Assembly: GCA_051294375.1 (NCBI GenBank)
Contig: CM119266.1
Location: 22,325,875-22,389,874, forward strand
Source: Paraspadella gotoi
Lineage: Eukaryota > Animalia > Chaetognatha
Length of the DNA: 64,000 nt
Reading direction: 5' to 3'
Shown here: in pieces, positions 27,641 to 41,149 of the stretch
Layout: every line of letters begins with the position of its first letter
Position numbering within the stretch: the stretch's first letter is position 1
Notes under the pieces: model-generated
Database searches by the model: none
The model's input: only the letters and a program-made list of their open reading frames with translations
Told to the model about the DNA's origin: nothing
Program-made: the position numbers and the translations under genes

Positions 27641-27842
27641 GACTTTTGTTAAGCGATTCCGTCGTCGTCGTCGTCGTCGTCGTCGTCCATCGTACAGTAA
27701 TGAACGATCGGCGCGAATCGTTTCTCTGGATCATCTCGACTTAAGAAGAGATGATCCCGTCTTAAGCCGGATTAACTGTAAAAGCTCGGACAGGTAAATC
27801 CAGGATTTTGCGACCAGATGAAGAAAAAACACGTCCGCCTCT

Positions 27843-30800
27843 GAGAAGCAGCGAGAAACGTAGACCATCATGTAGAACAGAAAAAAAACAGAGAAAAAAA
27901 CGAAAAAAAGGTTTTTTTCTCCTACCGGCGATAGAAAGAGTCACGGCACGACGCCCATAGTATCTTTGTTCATCGCCTTTCATCCCCAATACCAATCAAC
28001 AATTCAATAACGACATTATTTTATTAATCACTCTTTCTCATGCTTCTCGAACAAATTTATTGTAGCGATCCCGGCCGAACTTATATAGGGCTATTAAATA
28101 TTACTATTTTCATTTTATTAATTTATCGGAAAATTATTGAGATAACTTTTCCTTTGATAGGATGCCGTTTTCAAATCGTCACTTTCCAAACCTGAGAAAA
28201 AGAAGGAAGTGGCCATTTCGTTAGAACGGAAGGCTGTTCATTCGCCGGCGCTTCCAACTCAAAGCGGAGTCGGCATTCACAAGGAAGATGGCGTCTCGCC
28301 GCCTCCACCGCTGGGACGTGGTGCTACGTGACAGACCGGATTACAGCGGCCACATCCCCCGTACCTAGCAGATCAAAGCGTTTTGCACAAATTTAAATAA
28401 TTACCTACATTCACTATTCTCATTTCTCTTTCCCCCCGTTTTCGTACGTCTCTCCGCTCGTCATCGTCCGAATCCGAACTTCATTTTTTTTATCTCAACT
28501 CCTAATCGACAAGAGGACCTTCTAAAAAAAAACCATTAATCCATCGTCCGCTTTTTTATTTCCTCTCTTTGCTCTGCATTCTTTCGAGTGCCCCATTTAC
28601 AAACAAATATCCCAGGCGCCACCCAGCCCCGACCGGAAAGCCAGACATTAAAACACAACCGACAGCACAACCAAAATGGGCCGCCAGCAACCTTAACAGG
28701 CTTCATTTCAGTCTCCGGGAGAGGCAAGGGCAGAGGAAATCTGAGAAGAGGGAAAAAGGAGAGAGAGAGAAGAGAGAGACCGAGACGACCAAGAGGAGAA
28801 GAAACACGAAACGCACCGCAGCCACGAGAGCGCGAGCCCGGAAGAGAGAGAGAGCAGACAGAGCGGACGAGAAGATAGGACAGACGAGAGCACCAGACGA
28901 CGACCCAGGGAGAGCACCAGCGAGACAGACGGAGATGCTGCTTTAAACCATATTTTAAACTTCACTTGTTACTCTTCTCCAATGTAAGTAACATTTACCG
29001 CGTCACGAAGTGTTAACTTACCAATAAAAATCGCCCGACACCCGACCCAATCTTGTCCCCAAATAAATTGGTCCGCAACATTACCTAACGCTAATTCGTG
29101 AGCTCCATACAAAACACAACCGGCTACATATGAGCTTTAGGCGGTGGCTCGTTAAAAGGTATAAGCCAATGGTGGACACCCTGTAAATTGACCTTTGTAG
29201 ACCTCCACAACGAACGTGGCGGCCGGAACGCACTACCTTCCCAATCGAAGTACAGACAATTTCTTATCCTGCTGCTTCTAAATTTAACCTGACCTCCTTT
29301 ATGTCAGTTAAAAGCATCCGAGCAGCTCCCACTCACCCACAAGCCCCCTGACAAAGCCAACCGCGGTGCGCGCGCTCGTGAGCTGAGAGCCAGTAAAATA
29401 AAAAGAACAGCGTGTTACTCGACACGCCGAACAATATGAAAGCAAAGGACAATCACCTAACCTTCCGGTCGCGCGGCGGCACCCCAGTTTTCCCGCGGGT
29501 CAGGGTGTCCCGGTCTTTAATTGCAACCTTTCAGGCCACTTTGACTCGGGCCCACCGCGCGATGACGCGACGCCAAGAGAGCGAGCACGGACTCCCCACC
29601 ACGACGTTTGAGAGGCCAAAATTCCAATTGGCGCCTGTCGATCACACTTCTTGGATTCCTGGGAGTGGAACGCAGACGGCGACGAGAGACGACCGCGAAG
29701 TGCGAGAATCATGAGAAGCCGAGAGACAGAGCAGGAGACACCTCCGACAAGTGAGAGACGACGGAGCGGACCCGAGACCACAGCACCACCGCCGCCACGA
29801 GAGAGAAGAGCACGTAGGCCCGCCGTGGCGTTAGCCTTGCCCGAACGTCGAATCCAGGCGAGCAAACGGTGTCGCGGCCGCCCAAGCCCGAGACTCCGGG
29901 ACCAGACAGTAAAGTAAACCCGCGCGCGGCGACGAGTTTCGCGAGGCAAAAATTGATGGCAATGTGCACGATGAAGGACTTGAGCGGCTCGAGATGGCCA
30001 AATATTGCCCAACGAAGGGTGAGGAACAGAAGAATTGTGAAGCTCCACACAACGAGGAGACATCGGCCCGACGCTTCAGATAGAGACCGACATTCGAACC
30101 CCAAAGAAACCAATTGCCCCTCCCGTCTCTCCTTAACTGAGACCACACATCCCTCTCCGTTTGCCGAATTATATACCCCCGCCGTTTGCCGCACCTTACT
30201 CTCGACTATTAGACAGAGCAAATATCTCAGACTAGCGCACCCACATCTTCATCTTCACCCTTAACATCAACACACATCACACTCCTCATCGAATAGGACA
30301 CGCACATCCAACGAGCGCTCGCACCCCACACTCGATGCTTACTCTCGGAAAACAGAAACGACCAACCCGGCACAGCATGAGGATGACCAAACCCCGAAAG
30401 CACCAACGAAACATGACACAGGGGAATCCCGACCCCTCCCCGCGGTCCAGAGCGACTATACAACAACGACCCCTCAGCAAGTCCGGCAAAATCCCTCCAA
30501 CCTCAACCGATAAACCTGCACTTACCCTGTTCGTATCCTCCGCGTTCTGTCATCCTGGCCAGTCGGTCTAAAACTCAATCATACTACTGACTTATTGTTA
30601 AGCCGCATTCCGTCCGTCGCTCGAACCCCGCTACACCGTCCGTCGTCCGCGAGTCCGCGTGTTCGTCGTCGCTTCCGTCCATCGCCATCAGATACCCATT
30701 GAACGAATCGGACGGCGATCAGTTCTTTCTCGATCATCTCGACTTAGAAGACGATGATCCGTCACTTAAGCCGCGCATTAACTGTAAAGCTCGACAGGGT

Positions 30801-31639
30801 AAAATCCAGAGATTTTTGGCGACAGATTGAAGACAAAAAACACAGTCCGCTCTTCTCTCTCCTCTCTCTTCTCTTCTCTCCTCTCTCTCTCTTCTCTCCT
30901 CGTTCTTCTTCTCCTCTCTTCTCTCTCTCTCTCCCCTGTCTGTCAGCGACAGACACAAAGGGAGGTTAAGGTGTCCGGCGCAGGCGAGTAAACCCGGCGG
31001 ATGTTAGTGTTAGGTAAGAGTCGAGGAATCCGGGTAAATCAACGCTGTCGTCGGCGGACGGCTAGGCTCTATAGGACTGTTTCATGTACGTCCATCGCCC
31101 TGCCGTTTGTCCGTCGTGTCCGTTCGTCAGTCGTTGGCTAAGAAACAATCAAACGGTGGGAAACTTCTCGAAAACAAAAACACATTGCGGAAAACACGAC
31201 AGGTCGACTGTAAGTTTTCGAAAATTAAAACAATTTAGAACGAGACGAGGATACGAAAAAGTTGAACAGGTTTAAGGCGCACCACGGAATTTTCACCGGC
31301 TAAAATTGGAAAGGAGAGAAAGAGAGACCGCGAGAGCGAGACGACAGTGAGAGAAGAGACGATCCGACGGACCCGAGCGAAGCCGAAGAGGAGACGACGA
31401 CGAGAGAAAGAGGCGAACAAGTACTCCTTTGACTTTTAAATTCTGTGTCCGAGACTGTCGACATCAATGTCAACCAGCGATGGCAGAGCGAGGAGGGGAA
31501 ACTCTCCACGACAGATCCTATTGAAGAGAGAGCAGACGAGAGATCGAGACTCAAAAAAAATGCGAGAAAATTATTTTTGGTAGGAGAGAGGAAGGCCCGC
31601 GAGGCCGCACGAGAGAACGAGAGAGAGAGGAGAGAGAAA
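27843..31639. repeat. 3.8-kb block duplicated apparently base-for-base at 33914-37710
   Basis: The ORF track gives identical translations at a constant 6071-bp offset (e.g. 28536/34607, 29412/35483, 31084/37155). The block is itself an insertion-rich version of ~4080-4560 plus 26524-27830. Confidence 0.97.
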
Positions 31640-31940
31640 NNNNNNNNNNNNNNNNNNNNNNNNNAAAAAAAATCAATTTAATTCGAGTCGACACTTCGAA
31701 ATAGAAAAGAGAAGGAATTAGTCTCTACGTCGCACGATTCTTGTTTTCGTTACTAAGATTTTTCTCTCTCGCTTTTCTGGCGTCAAAGAAAAATAAGTCG
31801 TTTGGGATTAAACGATTGTTCACGAGGATTAGGAAAGAGATATGTTTATTTTAAAGAAGACGGTTAGTCTTTCATGTATATTTTGATCTGGTAGTGTTTT
31901 GACAAAAAATATTATACAAATATACACGACTCGTGTTTGT

Positions 31941-32064
<124 letters not shown>

Positions 32065-33913
32065 TATTTCCCTTCAAGGAAAACACGTATTCCCGCTTTC
32101 ATACACTCACAGTCGTACGTACTTACCAAAGCACACATCGTCAAATGAACTGTTCTTCAGTACCTGGTCCACGACGCGTCGATCGGTGCTGGAATCGTCC
32201 GTCGACCCGAAACTTGTCGTCGTTATTGTCGTCGTCGTCCTCGTCGTCAAAAAATATCCGTCAAACCGTCAAAAACGTCGACCGACTCGTCTCTCAAGTC
32301 TCCCGAGAATTATGCAAATGAGATTATTATCGTTGGGGGAGTTTCTATTTATTTTGTGAGTTTTAAGGATACGATTAGAAATTAATTCGAAAAATTCTAA
32401 AAAACCAAATCCAAACAATCAACCAATCAATCAACTAATCAATAAATTAAACAATGAATCAATCAATCAATCATTCATATGAATGTTTTCTGACAAATAT
32501 GACCCATTTGCACTGAAATTTTTAATGATTTGATTTTGTGTTTTGATTTAAAATTACTAAATCGATACGAAATTGGTTAATTACATTGTTCGAGCTCAGC
32601 TGTTACGTTCAAGACCCGAACATTTAAAACTTTTATAAGTAGAACTCTAGATAATTAAAAACGTCTAATGTAGACAAAGAATATTAAAAAAAAAAGATTC
32701 GATAAAATTAAACGTCAATTTTTTGGTTTTCTTTTCCCTCAAAAAACTTTCTTCGTCTAATTATTGAATTACACATTTCTGAGGTCCTGTCACCGGACAG
32801 TTTGAGGAGTTCAAAGTTGAGGATGAGGAGGATGAGGAGGATGAGGAGGAGGAGGAGGAGAAGGATGAGGAGGCGGAGCGAAAGTGATAGGAGGAGAAGA
32901 ACGGTTTTGAGGGAGGGGCAGAAGGAGGGGCGGTTTCGAAAANNNNNNNNNNNNNNNNNNNNNNNNNNNNNNNNNNNNNNNNNNNNNNNNNNNNNNNNNN
33001 NNNNNNNNNNNNNNNNNNNNNNNNNNNNNNNNNNNNNNNNNNNNNNNNNNNNNNNNNNNNNNNNNNNNNNNNNNNNNNNNNNNNNNNNNNNNNNNNNNNN
33101 NNNNNNNNNNNNNNNNNNNNNNNNNNNNNNNNNNNNNNNNNNNNNNNNNNNNNNNNNNNNNNNNNNNNNNNNNNNNNNNNNNNNNNNNNNNNNNNNNNNN
33201 NNNNNNNNNNNNNNNNNNNNNNNNNNNNNNNNNNNNNNNNNNNNNNNNNNNAAAAAAAAATTGATAAGCCATTCGCCTGCGCGGTTCAGCGTACATCGTC
33301 AAAGCTGGGGTTGGCGCGAGCGATAAAACCATGTTCGCCTGTAAATCCTATTCCCACCCTCATTTGATTATTTGACAGAATATAATTGAAGCGGAGACCG
33401 AAATTATTAAATTAGCCACATTTTGCGAGTTGCGTCGGCGTCTAACTTTTTGGCCAGAGTTTCCCTCACGATTTTAAAACTGAGCAACAAATAAACAGAA
33501 ATTATACGTATAAAAATAATGAATACCAAAAAAAAAAAAAAAAAATAGCGAATAGATGGGCGAGATAGTTGAAACTTTAAAATATACTTATTACTCATTA
33601 TAAATTAACTTTTGGGCCCAAATAGTTTTTCAACCTTCAAGATTTCATCCGATTTTTTTTCTGGTCTGACATCTCACGTCAATAACGTTCTATTTTTATC
33701 CATCCATTTATTGATACTTGTGAATTGCACGTATCTAAATTGACATACTTCACAGTGACTCCCTCGCTTAGGAAATGTTCTCCCAGTGGCCCTGTCGCCG
33801 CTCGCGTAGTGGGCTATCTGGGGGCGATATGTTCCTTCAATTCCTACATTCTCTTTCTCCGCCTTCGCCCCTTTAATAGGCACCTTTTGCTTTCAACCCC
33901 TCAACCACCCCCC

Positions 33914-36900
33914 GAGAAGCAGCGAGAAACGTAGACCATCATGTAGAACAGAAAAAAAACAGAGAAAAAAACGAAAAAAAGGTTTTTTTCTCCTACCGGC
34001 GATAGAAAGAGTCACGGCACGACGCCCATAGTATCTTTGTTCATCGCCTTTCATCCCCAATACCAATCAACAATTCAATAACGACATTATTTTATTAATC
34101 ACTCTTTCTCATGCTTCTCGAACAAATTTATTGTAGCGATCCCGGCCGAACTTATATAGGGCTATTAAATATTACTATTTTCATTTTATTAATTTATCGG
34201 AAAATTATTGAGATAACTTTTCCTTTGATAGGATGCCGTTTTCAAATCGTCACTTTCCAAACCTGAGAAAAAGAAGGAAGTGGCCATTTCGTTAGAACGG
34301 AAGGCTGTTCATTCGCCGGCGCTTCCAACTCAAAGCGGAGTCGGCATTCACAAGGAAGATGGCGTCTCGCCGCCTCCACCGCTGGGACGTGGTGCTACGT
34401 GACAGACCGGATTACAGCGGCCACATCCCCCGTACCTAGCAGATCAAAGCGTTTTGCACAAATTTAAATAATTACCTACATTCACTATTCTCATTTCTCT
34501 TTCCCCCCGTTTTCGTACGTCTCTCCGCTCGTCATCGTCCGAATCCGAACTTCATTTTTTTTATCTCAACTCCTAATCGACAAGAGGACCTTCTAAAAAA
34601 AAACCATTAATCCATCGTCCGCTTTTTTATTTCCTCTCTTTGCTCTGCATTCTTTCGAGTGCCCCATTTACAAACAAATATCCCAGGCGCCACCCAGCCC
34701 CGACCGGAAAGCCAGACATTAAAACACAACCGACAGCACAACCAAAATGGGCCGCCAGCAACCTTAACAGGCTTCATTTCAGTCTCCGGGAGAGGCAAGG
34801 GCAGAGGAAATCTGAGAAGAGGGAAAAAGGAGAGAGAGAGAAGAGAGAGACCGAGACGACCAAGAGGAGAAGAAACACGAAACGCACCGCAGCCACGAGA
34901 GCGCGAGCCCGGAAGAGAGAGAGAGCAGACAGAGCGGACGAGAAGATAGGACAGACGAGAGCACCAGACGACGACCCAGGGAGAGCACCAGCGAGACAGA
35001 CGGAGATGCTGCTTTAAACCATATTTTAAACTTCACTTGTTACTCTTCTCCAATGTAAGTAACATTTACCGCGTCACGAAGTGTTAACTTACCAATAAAA
35101 ATCGCCCGACACCCGACCCAATCTTGTCCCCAAATAAATTGGTCCGCAACATTACCTAACGCTAATTCGTGAGCTCCATACAAAACACAACCGGCTACAT
35201 ATGAGCTTTAGGCGGTGGCTCGTTAAAAGGTATAAGCCAATGGTGGACACCCTGTAAATTGACCTTTGTAGACCTCCACAACGAACGTGGCGGCCGGAAC
35301 GCACTACCTTCCCAATCGAAGTACAGACAATTTCTTATCCTGCTGCTTCTAAATTTAACCTGACCTCCTTTATGTCAGTTAAAAGCATCCGAGCAGCTCC
35401 CACTCACCCACAAGCCCCCTGACAAAGCCAACCGCGGTGCGCGCGCTCGTGAGCTGAGAGCCAGTAAAATAAAAAGAACAGCGTGTTACTCGACACGCCG
35501 AACAATATGAAAGCAAAGGACAATCACCTAACCTTCCGGTCGCGCGGCGGCACCCCAGTTTTCCCGCGGGTCAGGGTGTCCCGGTCTTTAATTGCAACCT
35601 TTCAGGCCACTTTGACTCGGGCCCACCGCGCGATGACGCGACGCCAAGAGAGCGAGCACGGACTCCCCACCACGACGTTTGAGAGGCCAAAATTCCAATT
35701 GGCGCCTGTCGATCACACTTCTTGGATTCCTGGGAGTGGAACGCAGACGGCGACGAGAGACGACCGCGAAGTGCGAGAATCATGAGAAGCCGAGAGACAG
35801 AGCAGGAGACACCTCCGACAAGTGAGAGACGACGGAGCGGACCCGAGACCACAGCACCACCGCCGCCACGAGAGAGAAGAGCACGTAGGCCCGCCGTGGC
35901 GTTAGCCTTGCCCGAACGTCGAATCCAGGCGAGCAAACGGTGTCGCGGCCGCCCAAGCCCGAGACTCCGGGACCAGACAGTAAAGTAAACCCGCGCGCGG
36001 CGACGAGTTTCGCGAGGCAAAAATTGATGGCAATGTGCACGATGAAGGACTTGAGCGGCTCGAGATGGCCAAATATTGCCCAACGAAGGGTGAGGAACAG
36101 AAGAATTGTGAAGCTCCACACAACGAGGAGACATCGGCCCGACGCTTCAGATAGAGACCGACATTCGAACCCCAAAGAAACCAATTGCCCCTCCCGTCTC
36201 TCCTTAACTGAGACCACACATCCCTCTCCGTTTGCCGAATTATATACCCCCGCCGTTTGCCGCACCTTACTCTCGACTATTAGACAGAGCAAATATCTCA
36301 GACTAGCGCACCCACATCTTCATCTTCACCCTTAACATCAACACACATCACACTCCTCATCGAATAGGACACGCACATCCAACGAGCGCTCGCACCCCAC
36401 ACTCGATGCTTACTCTCGGAAAACAGAAACGACCAACCCGGCACAGCATGAGGATGACCAAACCCCGAAAGCACCAACGAAACATGACACAGGGGAATCC
36501 CGACCCCTCCCCGCGGTCCAGAGCGACTATACAACAACGACCCCTCAGCAAGTCCGGCAAAATCCCTCCAACCTCAACCGATAAACCTGCACTTACCCTG
36601 TTCGTATCCTCCGCGTTCTGTCATCCTGGCCAGTCGGTCTAAAACTCAATCATACTACTGACTTATTGTTAAGCCGCATTCCGTCCGTCGCTCGAACCCC
36701 GCTACACCGTCCGTCGTCCGCGAGTCCGCGTGTTCGTCGTCGCTTCCGTCCATCGCCATCAGATACCCATTGAACGAATCGGACGGCGATCAGTTCTTTC
36801 TCGATCATCTCGACTTAGAAGACGATGATCCGTCACTTAAGCCGCGCATTAACTGTAAAGCTCGACAGGGTAAAATCCAGAGATTTTTGGCGACAGATTG

Positions 36901-37710
36901 AAGACAAAAAACACAGTCCGCTCTTCTCTCTCCTCTCTCTTCTCTTCTCTCCTCTCTCTCTCTTCTCTCCTCGTTCTTCTTCTCCTCTCTTCTCTCTCTC
37001 TCTCCCCTGTCTGTCAGCGACAGACACAAAGGGAGGTTAAGGTGTCCGGCGCAGGCGAGTAAACCCGGCGGATGTTAGTGTTAGGTAAGAGTCGAGGAAT
37101 CCGGGTAAATCAACGCTGTCGTCGGCGGACGGCTAGGCTCTATAGGACTGTTTCATGTACGTCCATCGCCCTGCCGTTTGTCCGTCGTGTCCGTTCGTCA
37201 GTCGTTGGCTAAGAAACAATCAAACGGTGGGAAACTTCTCGAAAACAAAAACACATTGCGGAAAACACGACAGGTCGACTGTAAGTTTTCGAAAATTAAA
37301 ACAATTTAGAACGAGACGAGGATACGAAAAAGTTGAACAGGTTTAAGGCGCACCACGGAATTTTCACCGGCTAAAATTGGAAAGGAGAGAAAGAGAGACC
37401 GCGAGAGCGAGACGACAGTGAGAGAAGAGACGATCCGACGGACCCGAGCGAAGCCGAAGAGGAGACGACGACGAGAGAAAGAGGCGAACAAGTACTCCTT
37501 TGACTTTTAAATTCTGTGTCCGAGACTGTCGACATCAATGTCAACCAGCGATGGCAGAGCGAGGAGGGGAAACTCTCCACGACAGATCCTATTGAAGAGA
37601 GAGCAGACGAGAGATCGAGACTCAAAAAAAATGCGAGAAAATTATTTTTGGTAGGAGAGAGGAAGGCCCGCGAGGCCGCACGAGAGAACGAGAGAGAGAG
37701 GAGAGAGAAA
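33914..37710. repeat. Second copy of the 27843-31639 block
   Basis: Same sequence at offset +6071. It continues into a noisy copy (37710-42430) of 31665-33910. Confidence 0.97.
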
Positions 37711-38763
37711 AAAAAAAATCAATTTAATTCGAGTCGACAATTCGACAATAGAAGAGAGGAAACAATTAGTCTCTCGATCGCCAACGTATTGTTTTCACGT
37801 TAATAATCGTTTTTCCTCTCTCGCGACTTTTCTTGGAACGTCAAAAGAAAAATAACGTCGTTATGAGAATAAACCGTGGGTCTTCCGAGGCATTTGGAAG
37901 AGGAATACTGTTTAATATTTTTACAAGAGCGGCTTAGTCCTATATCGACTAATATTTTGATTAGGATAGTGTTTTTGACAAATAATACTACACAATAACG
38001 ACGACTCAGTGTCTGTATTCTTTTACTTCTTTCTATTCTTTTCTTTCTTTCTTTTTCTTTCTTCTCCCGTTCTTTTTTCTTTCTACTTCTTTTCTTATCA
38101 TTTCTTCTTCTTTTTTTACTTTTCCTTTCTTTCTTTCTTTCTTCATCTCTTCTCTTCATCTTCTCTATCCTCATTTAATTTCCCTTCAAGGAAAACACGT
38201 ATTTCCCCGTTTCATACACTCACGTTTACCGTATTACAAAGCCACACATGTCAACACTGAACCTGTTCTTCACAAGTACCTGGTCCACCGACGGTCGCAT
38301 CGGTGCTGCGAACTGTCACGTCGACCCCGAACATTGTCTTCAGTGATTGTACTCGTCGCTCCTCAGTCGTTGCAAAAATATCCTCAAACAGTCAAAAAAC
38401 GTTCGGGACCCGACTCGTATCTCAAGTTCTCCTGAGAATTATGCAAGGATGAGCATTATTATCGTTGGGGATTCTAATTTCTTTTGTGCAATTGCTCTAA
38501 GGATACCGATTCAAATTCAATACGAAAAATTCTAAAACCATCCAACAATTATCCACATCAATCAACTATCAAAAATTAAACAATGAGATCAATAAATCAT
38601 TCATCATCATAATGAATGTTTCTGACAATTATGACCCCATTTGCACTGATTTTTAATATTCTCATTACTATGTATTTGATTATAACACATACTAAGTCGA
38701 TTTCGAATAGGTTAATAATTGTTTACGACGTAGCTGTTCACGTTACAAGCCCGAACAATTTGA

Positions 38764-41049
38764 CAGTACTCGCGTACTGATATGAAGAACCTGGACAGTC
38801 CAGGGAGGCCTGTAACTTTTTCGTAAATGCTGCAGAAATTCGCCTGAAAATCGAATACGGGTTAGACCGGTAGAGGCGTGGTTTATTCCCCCATAAGAGT
38901 CTTGAGCCATTATTAAAAAAACATAGTGAATCGGGATTTTTTGGACAAAATTATTTGCATACTTGTAAAAAAAAATATCGAATATCTCAAGAGTTGTCAA
39001 ATACTTTAATAAAATATAAATTATCACCGCGTGATTATGAACCGGGAGAAGGGTTGCTAAAACCCACAGTGGTAAAACAAAATGATCCAAATACGCTTTG
39101 TTTAAAACTGATTTGCAACAGTAGCACATTTATTTTTTATAAATAGTGATTTTCACAGGTCTATGATAATTTTAAAAAAAATTATATTTCAAATATAGCT
39201 CAACTGATACCCAAATACAAACGATGAATTAATAGCTAATAATTTGTTCTTCTTTATCACCAAATTAAAATGGTTCACAAACGAATCAAAATATGCATTG
39301 CTTTTGAAACAAATGCTTTCTTTAAACATTAAGTATTATGCCAACCAACCTGTCTCGGTAGCACTCGGATTACAAATATATAATTTTTTTTTAATACGAC
39401 TTCTCTAACTATTATGCAATATAACCCTTACAAACTTAACAAAATAAGCAAACCAACTTTACTCTCAAACTTTATTCAAAACCTATCTCTGAATATCCTA
39501 CAGTTCTCATACTTTAATACTGTCATCAAAGGAGAACATTCATAGTTTTGGTGAAAGTTATAGGTAAACTAGTTGATAAGGATCGACTGCACAACTACGG
39601 CACAGGAGGACGAAAAAATAAGACTGAAACTCTATCAGATCTGAATTGTCATACATGTACCTTGCATTAATAAGGCGGACACAAAGTAAAATTTATTTTT
39701 AGAACGATTGTAGATATAAAAAAGTTTTACACAAAGTATATGCGCTTTTTCAATATTTTGAATGATAACTACGTGGGAGTAAAATAATGGACAAAATCCT
39801 TTAATAATCTACATCATCATCGTAATCCGTACACATTTTTATAGTTTTCTGTTAAAATTAAGCATAAAACATAAATTTGAAATCTCATGATCAGTAATGA
39901 TTTGTTTAATTTACTCGTTTTTCAATCTTCACCGATCCGCTTTTAAAAATTCTCATTTTGATAAAAAAAAATTTACATTCATTTATCAGCTTAATCGAAT
40001 AAACTTTAACTGCTTCTATACTTATCTTATTCATATGATAAAATTTTAATGTTTTTTTATTAATCAGTTCATCCACAGGGATGCATTTAAGCGTTATTTA
40101 ATATTACAGACTCTTAGTTATTTACTTTGTCCGCTTATTAAGCAAGAGATATAGTTATTCAATTATAAGATTATAGTCACCCATTCCTTATTTTTTCGCT
40201 TCATGTGCAGTCTGTCTTATCAAAGCTTATCTTACTTTACCACAATAAACCTGCATGGATTCTCCTATGATAACTGTATTAAGTACGATGAGCACTATGC
40301 AAATTATTATTGAACATGATTTTTTATTAAATTTGAAATTAAGAGGTGTTTTTCTGTAATTTTTTCGGCTTTTATTGACAGGGTCACTATATTTACCCAT
40401 AACTATATACAGTGATAATTTTAAAAAAACTTAATATAATTTGTTAATCAGTGCACACGGGCCAGTTAGCGTTCGGATAACATTTACATTTTTTAAAGCC
40501 AATTGTTACAAAAAAAACTGCACTATTTTGCACTTTTGTTTTAAACTAATGTTTCGGATACTCAACAGAATACACAAATCTATCATATTCTATCATTGTT
40601 TATCGTTATTGGCGTCTCAGTCTTACGGCTCATCATTATCGACAAAATAATTCTTTTTAACATTTATGATGAGACTGTAAAATAAACCTATATAAACTAA
40701 TATTGCGGAGCTTATGGCAACATTCGGTTTTAACAAGCTGTATTTTTGATTCATCTATTTTTCACCTGCGTTTAAGGACACCATCCGTTAGTCAGATCCC
40801 ATAATATCAAGAGACGTCATTTACTACACTATTTTTTACAGTAGTGCAATTAATATTTTTATGTCCAAAAATCCATAGCGCCCCATTCAGTATTTTTTCT
40901 TTTAACAGTGGTCCAACTTTATGAGCGACTGATAACACCTCAAGGTCTACCCGTAATATCGACTTTATCAGCCTCATTCAGCATTTACAAAAACGTTACA
41001 AGACCCCTCCTTGACTTTTCACGCCTTTATTCGAATCAACAAGATACTG
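38764..41049. mobile_element. Non-autonomous foldback DNA transposon (Tc1/mariner-type ends) with ~0.9-kb terminal inverted repeats
   Basis: Starts CAGTA (38764) and ends TACTG followed by TA (41045-41051). Region ~38764-39690 is the noisy reverse complement of ~40120-41049. The other copy of the same locus has an empty site (cccgaacatTTAaaacttttataagt at ~32615-32640). Confidence 0.75.
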
Positions 41050-41149
41050 TAAGACTTTATAAGTAAGACTATAACATAATTAAAAAACAGTTAAGTTAGA
41101 AAGAATATTCTAAAAAAAAGATTCTCATAACAATTAAACGTATTTGGTC

